From Raillietiella orientalis (lineage: Eukaryota), in NCBI GenBank assembly GCA_036172245.1, contig JAYWIR010000038.1, positions 1,426,001 through 1,490,000 of the forward strand: a stretch of 64,000 nucleotides of DNA, written 5' to 3'. Positions 27,300 to 39,200 of the stretch are shown piece by piece; the stretch's first letter is position 1, and every line of letters starts with the position of its first letter. The translations under genes and the position numbers were made by a program. The notes under the pieces are model-generated. The model saw only the letters and a program-made list of their open reading frames with translations. It was not told where the DNA came from and did not search any database.

Positions 27300-29160
27300 T
27301 CGAATCTTCAGGCAGGATTCCTTCCAAACTGTTTCCGGAGCAAGAGCTGCCAAGGTGGCATGCCCTCCAAACATCGAAAACTCATCAACCAAACTTCTGA
27401 AACTAAAGGGTGTCTATGGAATTTCCAATCTCTTGTCAGACTGAAGTATGACTCGGCTCCACGGATGCTGAGGAACTATCCATGCAGCACGCGCATGCAA
27501 CTTGGATACATCATGGTTGCAAACACTGCAATGTCTACTCTTCAAGGGAACTTCTTGGAGATTTTCAATCATACAATTCTGAAGTCTTCAGAGAGACACC
27601 CTCTCACCTTTGCGAGTCTCTTGTTCAGAATACCTTGAAAATGAACAGCTGAAACAAGAACTGCGGGCGTTGTCGCAGACGTAGGAGATCATCAGCAAGA
27701 AGTGCAGGCAGGAAGAGGAAGTAAACTGCTCATTTCCTGCACAACTCCAATGAAAAACGGATGCCGGAGTTTAGATCTCTTTCCATGCTACCTTGACCTC
27801 TAGCTTTCTTGATGTCACCCTCTTGGTTTCCTGGATGGGATCGTGTTCGCTCCACACCTCCACCATCTTTGGTAATTCTGCAGAGGCTGAGCATTTCACA
27901 ATCTGTTCCCCTGTAGCTTCCTCCAGTGGCGAAGAAGGAGGACAGCTTTTGTGGCTCAGCAGCAAGTTCGGATCCGAAATTATAAATTCCAATGTGTCAT
28001 GTTGAAGCGAGGCAATGGATTTTTAGAATCCGTCGCGCATCTTCCCAGGAGAGAGGTCGTTCCTAAAGAGACTTTAGAGATCCCTCCGAAGAGAAAAGGA
28101 CGTGTTTGCTTCCCAGGGTACTTCCATAATTGGCAAAAGAACTGACGGGTCTTTTGTACAAGAAGAGAAATTGTGGATCGCGTGTACCATCAAAGATAAT
28201 TGTTGATGGTTCGGGCGAACAGAATTCTTTCCGAGCAGCCGTGTGCGCTAATTGCACGAGACAGGACGGTTTCATCCTGGAAGTGCCTGTGTGCTCCATT
28301 TCAGCGTTGAACAGTCTCGCTGGCATCTTTCGGGAAAGTCCCTAAATGGTGTGGCGACGTGAAAAAAGCCATCTCTGCACAAGAGCGCCTTGTCCCCCCC
28401 CCCACACCTCTCCTTGCCGAAGTCTGAACAGTCGGCAAGAGTAAATCTCGCCTCTTTCGGTCATAATGCAAATCTTGCTGAGCTTAAATCTCGAGGAAAT
28501 GGTTGCTGCTTTCTTATCGTCGTGCTGCTCGAGAAGGATTCGGAGGAGACCAGCACCGTTTGAAATCCAAGCAGCAGGATCCCGTGGCCCATACAGCAAG
28601 CACGGAAAGAACACCGTCGCCTTTACAGCATCCTTCCCGGCTAGAGAGGGGACAAACCTCTGGGTCGCCCTTCGTTCTTCTTTGCCGAGCTCCATCGCTA
28701 TCAGAAATTTGCTCCACCATCAGGTGGCGCTGCAGAATAAGACGCTCAGTCAACGTGACCAGCACCCCTGGTCTCTCGAGAACACCTTGAAGTGTCCAGT
28801 CCACCCTCCACACTGGAAGCAAACCAATGGAATGGTGTGGAATGGCCCTCTGCACTTCCCAGTTCATCTAGCGCTTCAGCCAGGAACAAAGCCTCTACGA
28901 GGCATGCTGGGCGTGTGAGGTCAGCGTCGGGTGAACTGCATCGCGCCAGGAGCTGCAGCTTCCCTTCTTCTTCGACCACTCGCGCGAGTTCTCCCCCTTC
29001 GATCGCGCCCTTCAAGGTTCCTTCCCTAAGTTCAGTTTGGACCAAGGGGAGGTCCCGTCGCTTCCAGCTGGCGGACTGGGCGAGTCCACGTTCGACGAGA
29101 TCCCACTGGACCAACTGCTGCTGCTCGTGCTGGTGTGCCTGTGAACCCAAGGAAGGCATA
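27300..29160 (-). mobile_element. Decayed L1/Tx1 LINE ORF2 (pre-RT and RT)
   Basis: Minus-strand GEIYSCRLFRLRQGEVWGGGQG (cf. EEIxxALxxLxxGKSPGxDG) and FCSPEPSTIIFDGTRD. Interrupted frames. Confidence 0.45.
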
Positions 29161-29167
29161 TCGTTCG

Positions 29168-29659
29168 AAATCCCGGAAAATCATGAGAAATAAACACGCG
29201 CTTCTTGCACAGAGATTCATGTACAAATCTATTTTAGCATACATAGTTATTCGTATTTATTAACATCATATAATTAATGGTAATACAATTTTAACGTATA
29301 CATTTGTCACGATTGATTCACATACATTTTATTCATATAATGAATAAGTTGCTGATTGTATAGATAATATAAATATATATATATGTGTGTGAATATAGAT
29401 TTGTACATAAATATACATGTAAACATAAATATTACATATTTTTATGTATGTATGCGTATACAAATTCACATTCACATATTTTATTATTTATATATATCAA
29501 TAAATTGAATGAACATATACGTTGATTTTTTATGCTCTCCGTAATTATTAATCGTATGATGTCAAGAGATATGAATAACTATGTGTGCTAAACTAAATTT
29601 GTACATTGATCTATGCAGAATGAGCACATGCGTTTATTTCCTATGACCTTCCAGGATTT
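29168..29659. mobile_element. AT-rich foldback/MITE-like element with ~115-bp imperfect terminal inverted repeats
   Basis: Left arm aaatcccggaaaatcatgagaaataaac...atgtacaaatctattttagcatacatagttattc is the reverse complement of the right arm gaataactatgtgtgctaaactaaatttgtacat...gtttatttcctatgaccttccaggattt. Interior is very AT-rich. No target-site duplication seen. Confidence 0.75.
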
Positions 29660-30695
29660 TTTTGCTCGGCAAGTCCACGAAGGCGTCACAGGGCGCGCGA
29701 AAACTGCTCGAGGCGATTTTCTGTCTTCCCGAATTCTCTCCAAAGTCCCTTTGCAAAGGATGAAAGCGGACGCACTTGAAGAACTTGCAGGACGCTCTGC
29801 AGTCCTGCCGTCACCAAATTTTTCTGTCTCACCCTCGCAGAACGGAAGACAAGAATTGTTTTAACCTCAGGAGTACCAAAATGAAGAAGTCCTCCTTTTC
29901 CAGAGCTGCTACAGATTCAAAAGCTGGTGCTACTTCCGAGCAAATCTCGTATGCTCTTCCCTTTCCTTGCCTCGATGACTTCTTCCTCCTGGAAAGGTTG
30001 CATGGCAACGCATTTGTTGTTCTCCAGAAACCCTTGCTCTAGAACTTTTATTTCGAAATCTTTCATCATTCTTAATCTCACATCATCCCGATTGTGCTTT
30101 TTGAAGAGCAGTAGCCACCCCGAATCGAAGAAACCTACCCAGTGATTATCTCGTCACTGAATATGAGCGAAGAAGGATTGTGTGATGATGCATGTAGTCT
30201 TTCACTTCCACGAATTTCTTTTTTCTTCCTTGGAAGGCAAGAAGATTAAAATGAAGGGAACATGGTGAGAAGATGCCACTGAGATGAGCGGAATCACAAG
30301 AAAGGTGTTGGTCTTATGTCGACGTGTCACTCGAAGCCGCTCTCTTCCGAATTAACCGTGCCGGTTTTCTTGTTAACAGACATCCTCGTGTGCTGGATCA
30401 TTCCAAGAGGAGTAAGCAGTCTTTAATGGTCCATCACAGAATATCATCAGCAGATGGCTCAAGGCTGTCACACTCCAGTGAACCATGGCTTGTTAAGCTG
30501 AAGACATTGCCTTGCGAGCATCACTGTTGCTGCTTTCAAGGTCAGCTCGGTGTCTCCGGTGGTACTTCTTCAGCTGCCTGCAACTCGCAAAAGTTTGAGG
30601 GCAGTTTCAGAATTATCCCTACAATGGATAAGAAAAAAAAATGGCTCGCGTTATACCGAGAGATTCGATGTCCTTCCCTTCCTTCAGGAAAGACC

Positions 30696-31704
30696 TCAGC
30701 AACCGCTCACCCGGGACTCGCGAGCCTCTTTAACGCTGTCTGCTCCACCCGAAGGTGCGTGTTAACTCTTCCAGTTAGGGAGTTTCCCGGGAAGGGACCA
30801 TCCTGTGAATCCAGAAAGGCTCCGGGGGAAGGATTCCAGAGGAGCTTCTAGAAAGGGAACCACTTCCTCATTCTCTCTAGAGGAACTCTCCCCGGGTGGG
30901 GTCGCTCCTCGTTTCTTCTCCAAAGAGAACCCAGGAAAGGATCCGCTCCTGAAATTTCTTCTCTGGAGGGAATCCGCAAGGGAACTGTTGCTTGTTTCCT
31001 CCCCTGGAGAGGAACCCTGGAAGGGACGCTTGAGAATTTTTTTCCGAGAGGCTCTCCCCGGAGGGAGCAACGCTCTTCTCCACTCTCTGGAGATGTAGGG
31101 AAGTGCTCTGCCACGAAGGCGAGTCGCTGAGCTCCATGGTACGCGATCCTTCCCTAGGAAGGGAATGGCTCCATTTTCACAACCGGAGGGAAACCCTGAA
31201 GACCTCCTTTCGTGGAAGAGTCCATGAGTTTCAATAGCAGCAAAGAGTACACCCAGCATTCATCAAAAAAGCAAACTTTTGAAAGAGAATCACAAATGGA
31301 GCCTTCAATCGTACCCAGCAGGAGTCAGCTTCCGTAAAGAGGAGCGCATCCATCTTGTTCATTGACGCGCCTGAAAGCAAACTAACATCTCTACATCTTC
31401 ATGACTCCGTTGATAAAAACGAGACACAGCCAGGAGAGAAAGCTGTGCAGCTCTTTCTGGAGGCAGTTTTTTCGCAACCAGAAGGGAACCGGCTCCTTGA
31501 TGTCCTGGAAGGACCCTGGAGGGTCAACTTCCAATCCTGATCAGCCAACGGGGCATCAGACTTCCACCAGTGCCGTACCCGGAGCCAACCGAGGCCAACC
31601 AGCTCCGTCCTGCAGCACACCCATTTCTCGTCTTGGGATTCGAACCCGCAGCGCCTGAGTACTGCACGCGCGGCGACCGCAGTCATACAACCGCCAGCGC
31701 GGGA
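30696..31704 (-). mobile_element. Long tRNA-headed SINE-like repeat interrupted by ~200 bp of unrelated sequence (~31230-31440)
   Basis: Reverse-strand perfect B-box GGTTCGAATCC near 31636-31646. Body is collinear with the other copies. Confidence 0.8.
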
Positions 31705-31719
31705 GTGCCTTCGGAACTC

Positions 31720-32150
31720 CTCTCCAGAAAGGGGGACAGCTGGTCATCCTGGTTCACCCTGTGGAGTTCACGATGCTGGGTGTGCGGCACGTTCACGAAG
31801 CTTTCAGGAGCTCAGCTCGGGAGAGCACGCGGTGTCCGGCACTCACGTTGGCAGAGTTTTGCAGTCTCTCCCTGCATCCCTCGAGCTGGCTTCCTCGTAA
31901 GGAGCAGAGGTGGACAGTCCACGATCTGAGCGTGTAGCATGGTGGCGGCTCGGCGAGTGGGGAGATCTTCCAGCCATAGTGGTCACTTCGCAATGGAATG
32001 GGAACGCCGAGCGTTCAACCTGTCTGAAGCTAGGAAACTTCGTGCATCGCAGTGTTGCTTATGGGCAAGTCGATCTCCAGGTTCGTGCCACAGGCCTTCC
32101 AGCCACGGCCTTTTCGACTGGGATGCCTTAAAGATCTGTCATTAGGTCCT
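31720..32150 (-). mobile_element. LINE endonuclease fragment
   Basis: Minus-strand PGDRLAH...SDHYGW, matching the SRID/SDH end of an APE domain. Confidence 0.35.
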
Positions 32151-32498
32151 GCTTGTGGAGGATGGATGTCACTTGGAAAAGTGGATGGAGTCCGAGCTTG
32201 AAATCAAGAAATCCTCCAGGCGTGTTCGAGCTTTCAGGAAGAGTTTGCAGAAGTAAAGTAATTCGGGATGTCCTCAAAGAGAACTCGAACGGAAAGTGTT
32301 CTCTTCTTCCCTCATTCGCGAAGAGCAAAGATCGGATGTCCCCTTCAAATGTGAAAATCAGGGTGGCTTCCCTTGGAAGTCCTGACGAACAGAAGGCGAA
32401 GCTCGGAAAGGGAAGAAAAATGAAATGAAATATGCGAGAAGCCAGAAAACATCGGAAATGGAAGACGCTGCAACCGGTAAAAGGCACTTTAAAAAAAG

Positions 32499-32842
32499 GC
32501 AGCGTGCTGGCCGAGGACCTGAACCCACGACCGGTTCCTGTACCACGGAGGAAAGTGCTGATGACGGACGCCAGTGGGCTGCAGGAGGACATCCTGAGCG
32601 GCGAGGAGCTGTACAGGGCCGCGCAGGACTCTCTCTCGAAGGAGGCCACCAGCGCCGCCACCACGTCCACTATTGCCTCCCTGCGTCGCCTCCTGATGAG
32701 TGTCTCCCCACCCACTCCCTCTCTCTTGCGACCTACCCCTTCCTCTCCCCCCGTCTCCTCCAACGCCGCGCCAGGAACGGCTCCGTTGCCTAAAAGTAGG
32801 AAAGGAGGAAGCCCTCAAAAAGAGTACTTGGTCTGCTGGTAG
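32499..32842 (+). CDS. Putative terminal coding exon of an unidentified gene (Pro/Ser-rich, ends QKEYLVCW*)
   Basis: Strong GC3 codon bias like the receptor exons (GAG GAC CTG...CTG CAG GAG GAC ATC CTG AGC GGC GAG GAG CTG TAC). AG acceptor at 32497-32498 (alternative 32501-32502). TAG stop followed by T-rich UTR-like sequence. Upstream exons not found. Confidence 0.45.
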
Positions 32843-33289
32843 CTATGGAATTTTCATCATTCCCAAGCCATTGTTATTCTTTGCTGTTGCTGTTGATGTG
32901 ATTTGTTTATTTTGTTTTTTCTCATTCCTCTTTACCTCTTCGTGATGCTGTAGAACCCCGCAGGAACTTTCCAAGAGGTGATCGGACTTGATGAAACGCA
33001 CAGTCCCACCGACTTCTGTCTGTGTTTATTTATTTATTTACTTTGCAGAAAATAGACTCTCCCGAGCAACTGGATGAAAATCCCACGATCTGAGCGATGT
33101 AAACTTGCAAGGGATTCCAGTATTTTATCCCGTTTTCCCCTCTGTACGATAGAAGCACTTTAATACTACATGCCGAGCTTGGATCATGTCCGAGGTGGAG
33201 CGTTCAGCACTCACATCGCCTTCGTGTGACAACACCTCATTAATCTTGTAAAATCCCACCCTTTCGCACCTCCTAAAAATGCCTCTATC

Positions 33290-34197
33290 GTGGGAGTCCG
33301 CTGCGATTTCAGATGCATAAAGAGGCGATCGCTGCACCGTCTCATCTTGGATCTTGGACGACTTTCCCTCTTTGACCGCTCAGGGAAACCTTTCGATCCC
33401 AGTCCTCGACATTACGCGTTTCGACTTTCTGTCGTCCCGAAAGGCTGCCCTCCCAAGCTTGACTCTGAAAAAACTGACCGACTCTTGGTCTTTCGCATTC
33501 TTCCGGAGGAGGTGAAGTGGCCTCCAGTGTGATAGAACAGTGCAAACCTCCCATGAAGTGATAGGAGTCGGCGTTGATGCTGCAGCAGTGGGGCCTCCCG
33601 TGCAATGCGCGTCTGCATCATTGAACCCGGGGGTTGTATGGACCCAAACTGTGCAAGGTGCAGGGAGAGGGAATCCCTCCCGCACCTCTTAGTGGACTGT
33701 ATTGCTCTCTGGTCCCTTTGAGGACTCTTTGCCGCGACCCTTGGAACCCTCGGCGGCAACGCCAGAGACGTTTGAAAGCTCCTCTTCCTGCGCGACGCCC
33801 TCACGCCGGTCGCATTCCCAGCAGCACTTTGCTGCCTACGCGGGATCGTGGCCGCATGAGGCAACGCCAGAGGAGGCCAGAACGACAGGGACGTCATCTA
33901 TTTTGCTGTTCTCTTCATGAGGATAGCGCTTCAAAATGGTCCCATCTGGGAGTCTTGAAACAGGAACTTGCCAGTATCCTGCGAAGGATTAAGAGGACGT
34001 CCTCCAGCATCCGGTAATCCCTTTCCGAACCCTCCCAATTTTTTGTATTTTTTGTTTGCCCTTCCCCCCTGCTGCCGAGGCGAACCCCGCTGGCCGGGGA
34101 GCCGGTTCTCAGAAGGTTCCTTTTTGTATAGATATGTAACGTAGCAGGAAAAATGCCCTACCACTGACCTGTATGCTTATTTTTTTTTATAAATAAA
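33290..34197 (+). mobile_element. Second 5'-truncated copy of the Tx1-like LINE 3' end
   Basis: 33563-34087 is nearly identical to 18982-19507 (DPNCARCRERESLPHLLVDC). AATAAA at 34192-34197. Confidence 0.9.
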
Positions 34198-34299
34198 CGC
34201 CCCGGTGCAACCGAGGTCAACCCATTCCGAACGGCCACTGAATGCACTGAGAAACCCATGATGAGGAGCACTGGAAGCGAGCACTGTTCGTGCGAGCTC

Positions 34300-36109
34300 G
34301 CGCTGTTCCCTTCAGGACACATCCCTAAGATCATTCATTAGGCTCCCTCTGATCCAAGATTCACCATCTCTCCTGTATGCGCGGAAAAAATCGTTGCGTC
34401 CTCTGGAATACCAAGTTCTCCACTTCTCCTTCTTTTCCCTATCCGTTGCCCACGCCAGGAAAGCGAAAGTGAGCCGTCGAGTGCGCTGAAATTCTCCCGG
34501 AACTTTCAAGTTCCATTTCTTCTCCACTTAACTTTGAAGAAAGAAACAACTAACGCTGGAACGCTCCATGCATTCGGCGTTTGGCGCCACAGCTGCAGGC
34601 TGGGAAGCTGGATCCACTTTACCATCTTCTGCGATCCCAGGGCAGGTTGGGGTTTCGCACGGACGGGCTGCAAAGTTCCTGAGATCCGAATCTGTTCCGA
34701 ATCGCTCGCTCGCATCGTCAGTCCGTGAGCAGCAGCCGCATCTGCGTCTCGTTAATTTGCGCATCCACTTGCATGTTCTTTTTTTTTTGCTTGCCGCATT
34801 CACGAGACGGGCGAGGGACTCTGTTGCTCTGCCAGATGATAATGGATTTTTTGGTTAGCCAGAGGGGCTTCGCCAAAGTTTGGGATGGGAGTTTATGGCT
34901 GCTTGGAGCTCAAGCAAGTTTAATTTTATGGGCAAAGAGTAGGCTGATGCCAAGCAGCGATGTCTGCTACCCTGCAATCGATGGGAGGTGTCGCCGTGGA
35001 AGCGGGAAGCAATAAAATTTCGAAATTCTTCCCATCCGGTTAACCCGGAAGTGCAAATCAATCTGTTCTTTCCCGAAGTCTCTCTGCTGAGTTACGAGGC
35101 TCTCCCTTCCCAGAAGGAAGGAAGGAACCTCCGGCGAGAGGGGCAACCCGAAAGGGTCGCCGAACCGAATAACCAGGTCCTTCCAGGATAAAGGCAAACA
35201 ATCAGGTTCCCTTCCTTTTCATCCCGGGCCCGAGAAACCTGAGGGAGACAGAGCGGCGTGGGGTGCGAGCCTCGCGCAAAGTCCGTCCTAGCAGGGCTTC
35301 CAGGCGTTGCTCTGGATTCCGGCGGGAAGCGCGAAGGCAAAAAAACGAGATGGGCCCCCTTTTTTGGTCGTCGCTATGCTTGCAGACCTTCTGCGAGTTC
35401 TTCAGAGCTGGTGCTTTCGCTTCTTTTTCCCCGCCATCTCCCCGTGGAAGCTCTGGAAAGGGAAGAGTGGGAACAGAAGTCAGCAACCCTCCCGGTCGAC
35501 CCGAGCAGTCGCAGCCCTTTCTCATTCGACTCACGAGAGCCCGCAAACAGTTTCCTTTCTTTTTCTAGATTTTTCTTCCTCGAGGGGCGCTGTGGACTGA
35601 TTTTTCAGGAGAAAAAAAAAGGGAAAAAGCAAGAGCCGGTAGGTTCCTTCCTTCACTCACCCTGGAAGACCTAGGAAAATTGGTCTTGACCCTTCGCAGA
35701 AACGGGGTCACGGGTCACGTTCTTCGCGTCTGTGGTATCCTGTCCTCCGAGGAATTGCATCGCTGTGGCCCGAACGTGTGAGCGCGTCCCCTTCCTCCCA
35801 GTACTCGCTTCGGGAGAGTCGAAAATCTGGAGAGAAAAAAAAGACAACAACCGGTGTGGAACCCCCGGCGGAGGCAGAATCGATGAGGCGGGAAGCCGCG
35901 CGTACCGGGAGAGGGTGCAGGGAGCGGAGCATGCACTCGGGAGAACCTTTAGCGGATCCCGGAGGTTCGCGGGACGTGAAAGTCTTCTCTCTGCCCTCGC
36001 GCCGGAACGGGCTGGAGCGCTCCGCACAGGCGCGTGGATGACGGCATCTGCTAGGAGGTCGCGAGATTAAGCCACCCCGCACGCAGCATCCACGTATTGC
36101 GGAACCCGG
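34300..36109 (+). promoter_or_regulatory. GC/CpG-rich region upstream of receptor exon 1 (candidate promoter and 5'UTR)
   Basis: CpG-dense sequence; arthropod Inr-like TCAGT at 34718; acceptor ccgcacag| at 36029 implies an upstream non-coding exon. Confidence 0.3.
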
Positions 36110-36218
36110 ATGGATAAGCAGATGGTCGTCGTAGCTCTATTGACGCTCTCCGTCATGCTGCCTGTTCCCTTCATCATCTACTTCTTCAGTCCCTGGTATC
36201 TGGACCATCGCCATCCAG
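36110..36218 (+). CDS. Lgr3: Receptor exon 1 (signal peptide/anchor)
   Basis: MDKQMVVVALLTLSVMLPVPFIIYFFSPWYLDHRHP; strong phase-1 donor CAG|GTAAGC; joins in frame to the LDLa exon. Confidence 0.75.
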
Positions 36219-39200
36219 GTAAGCATCGTCTCTCTTTCCTTGATCTCGGTTTTGAAATGATCCGGAGGCGATGAGCGAGGAGTTGGAACTCTTTCGTCCT
36301 TGCGAGGACAGGAAAATTCACTCCTGTTTTCGGGTAGAGTTCTCCTGGAACCTTTTGTTTTCTGTAACCTTTCTGGAATCAAGAAGACACTCCCTTTCGG
36401 GCTCTTCCGACAAGAGGGGTGCGTCGTCGGGTTGTCCGTTGCGAGGCAACACGGCGTGATCCTCCCCAGCTGGGACAGATCTGCTGGCGCAGGCCGGCCT
36501 AACAGCGAGCCCCAGAGAGCACACGCTCGCTTTTCCTATGGGAAGGCGAAGGAAATCCCGCTTTCCTCCCGGTCCCCAGTGCGCACAGGGGCTTGAAAAC
36601 CGCGTCTGCAAATGCAGGTTGGTCCCTCGACCACGGGACGCGAGCTTCCACGTTGCTAGAGTGGTAGCCACGCTGCATGGTGCAGCAGTACTGCGAAGGG
36701 GTAAACAGAAACGACCGCGGGCCAGGAACCAGGGGCTACCCCTTTCCCCCCGGGGGCACGGACTCTCGCCGCGCAGACCGCACTAGAGGGGGTCGAGAAC
36801 GCGCAGGGGAAGAAATTCCGGGGTGATCAGGAAGCCCCGGGCGTCCACTCTGTCTCCTCCTATCAGCTTCCCCTCCTTCCTCGAAAACAACTTTCCTGCA
36901 TGAACATTCTGGGAAATCCCCATTCCGGGAGTGCCGAGGCACTCCTTCCTTCCATGCTGACCTCATTTCATCGGAGGAAGTGAAAGTTCGCCGGTAATCT
37001 CAGCCGGGAGGGCTCGCGGTGTTCGGTGTCTCCTTGACAAAATCCGCGAACTCGGGAAGGGGAAAAGTCTTTTTTGAAGGGATTCGGGAGGAAGGGAGGG
37101 ACAGCCTCTTCCCGAAGCGCTAACGACCGGGCGTTCGTCCGAGAGCGGGATTCCAGGAGCCGTTGTCGCTCAGAGGAAAATCACAGGCCATGGCTGGAAC
37201 TCTTTCAGGACCCTGGTGGATCGGGGGTTTCTTTTTCCCCTCCCATGCCGACAAAGCTGGGCGCACGCGCACGAATCCCGCTAGGAAGGCACGGCGAGGG
37301 ACGTCGCCTCCTCTCCAGAGCCCTCTCCTCGTGAGGAAGGGGCAGACTTCTCGCTAACCCGCGCGGGAGCGGGCCCATGAGCCAGTACCATCATCCCGGG
37401 GCGCCAGCAGAAGTGGGGCGTCGAGGCAGATGCAGACGGCGCTATCTGCTTCCGTGACTACTCCGAAAGCCGATCTTCTGGAAAGTCGGTTGCTGCTCGC
37501 TCGGGAGCCAATCAACCAGCCGACCCCCAGCGAAGAGCGGAAGGCAGCATCCGTGCGCGCTCAGGGGAGTTGAACATACGTTGCGGAATCGAGCTCGCAG
37601 ACGGGATGCTCCCTGGAATTCCATGGACGAGCCTGCCTGCTGTCTGCTTCAGCCCCGTCTTCGCCGGCAAGCGAAGCAGGCATGCGTTCCAGCCTTCCCA
37701 AGAAGGAAACTGCTCTCTGCCAGCTACCCACTGCTCGCTTTCCTGAGGTGACTCAGGTCTTGACATAGGCGGAGCGAGGCCAGCTCACGTCCCTAGCAGA
37801 GTGCAGCCACTCTGTTCTGGCTGCCTGCCACGGAGGACAGGGGGAGGCTGCAGACCCTTAGTTTACACCACGAGCTGTAGAGGAGGAAGATCAGGAGGGA
37901 AAGTCCGAGCCCAGATTCATCTCAGAGGGAGAGGGGCAAAGCAGAGGGGGGGCGGGGGTGAGGGAAGAGGAAGAACTCTAGAGAGCGCGCTGAGGAGAAC
38001 CGGCGCTTCGATCACATGGAAATCCTTCCCCGAGGACCCTCGTCTTCAGGAAGCGAAAAATGCCGGCCTTACCAGCTGCTTGACTTTGGACCCCCGCGTG
38101 GAATTTTCGAGGCCTAGGTCCGAAGGCAGGAAATCTTCAAGGATCGAGGAATTGATTTTTTTTTCCTCCTGTTCCCACCATCAGTGGCAAGCTGCAAGAG
38201 ATTCCCTTCTGCGACGGGAGACTGAGCACCTTGGGAGAGAGCTAATCTTGTCAAGGATCCCGGGAGGAAAGGTTGACCTTGAATATCCAGCACAGGAGTG
38301 AGCTGAAAGTCTCCGTGGAGGTAATGCACGGAGAGATTCATGCATCCAGCGCATCTCGAAGGCATCCGCAAGCCATTCGACCAAATGACTGGAGACTTCA
38401 TCCTTTCGAATCGGCCAGAGTCTACAGCTCTTCCTCCAAGGAAAAAGGACTTCCGGATGTATCTCGCGAAGGAGCAAGCCTGGCCTCAGCAAAGCTTCGT
38501 GAAATCCATCCCATGTGCTGTTCACTTCCACAAAGGATCTTCTCTGGTGAAATGCGAGTGTCACTCAAAGATGCAGGATTCTGGAGCTCAGCGATTTTCT
38601 CGCTCTTTGCCGCTGTCCTCTCTTCTCTTTCGCTAAGGAAACCTTGTCAATGGATTGTTACTGGCCGTACATAAATCCTGCTCATCCCGTGGTAACCTGC
38701 ATACCTTCCTGACTAGGGTGCACTCCCGAATCTTCTCATCTCCCTGCCTTGCTTTCCTCTTGGAAACGAGAACAGATTTCAGTCACACGTCGTCTAAACT
38801 TGGTCTCTTTCACTGATGATTAGATTCCTGGTGTTGGCAATCCACCTCTCACTGAGGGTTGTTAGTGGATCTGTGTCTTGGAATCGCTGATATCCAAACG
38901 TCTCAATCAAGGATCAAAGAAGATCGAAAAGTCACTCGTCTACTCGGCGCGTTGGTAACGTCCAACGATCTTCGTATCCGACCTTCCCTTTCTTGCCCGG
39001 TGTGCTGGAACATCCCATTCCAATGTAACTTTCCTCTTTGCTAATGATACCAAGTTCTTTAAACTGAACTGTGCGCGCATCGAAAGTGGGTCAGTGGCTG
39101 GATCTCTCGTTTGCATGCATGCGCAGATGTACGTAACCTTCTCAAGAAATGAGTTTCATCCTTGCCTGTGGTTAGGCTGACCAGACAGCTCCACCAAAGT

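Noticed and set aside
32819..32842. Chromodomain (EYLVxW)
   Set aside because: The motif is followed immediately by a stop, and the rest of a chromodomain is absent.
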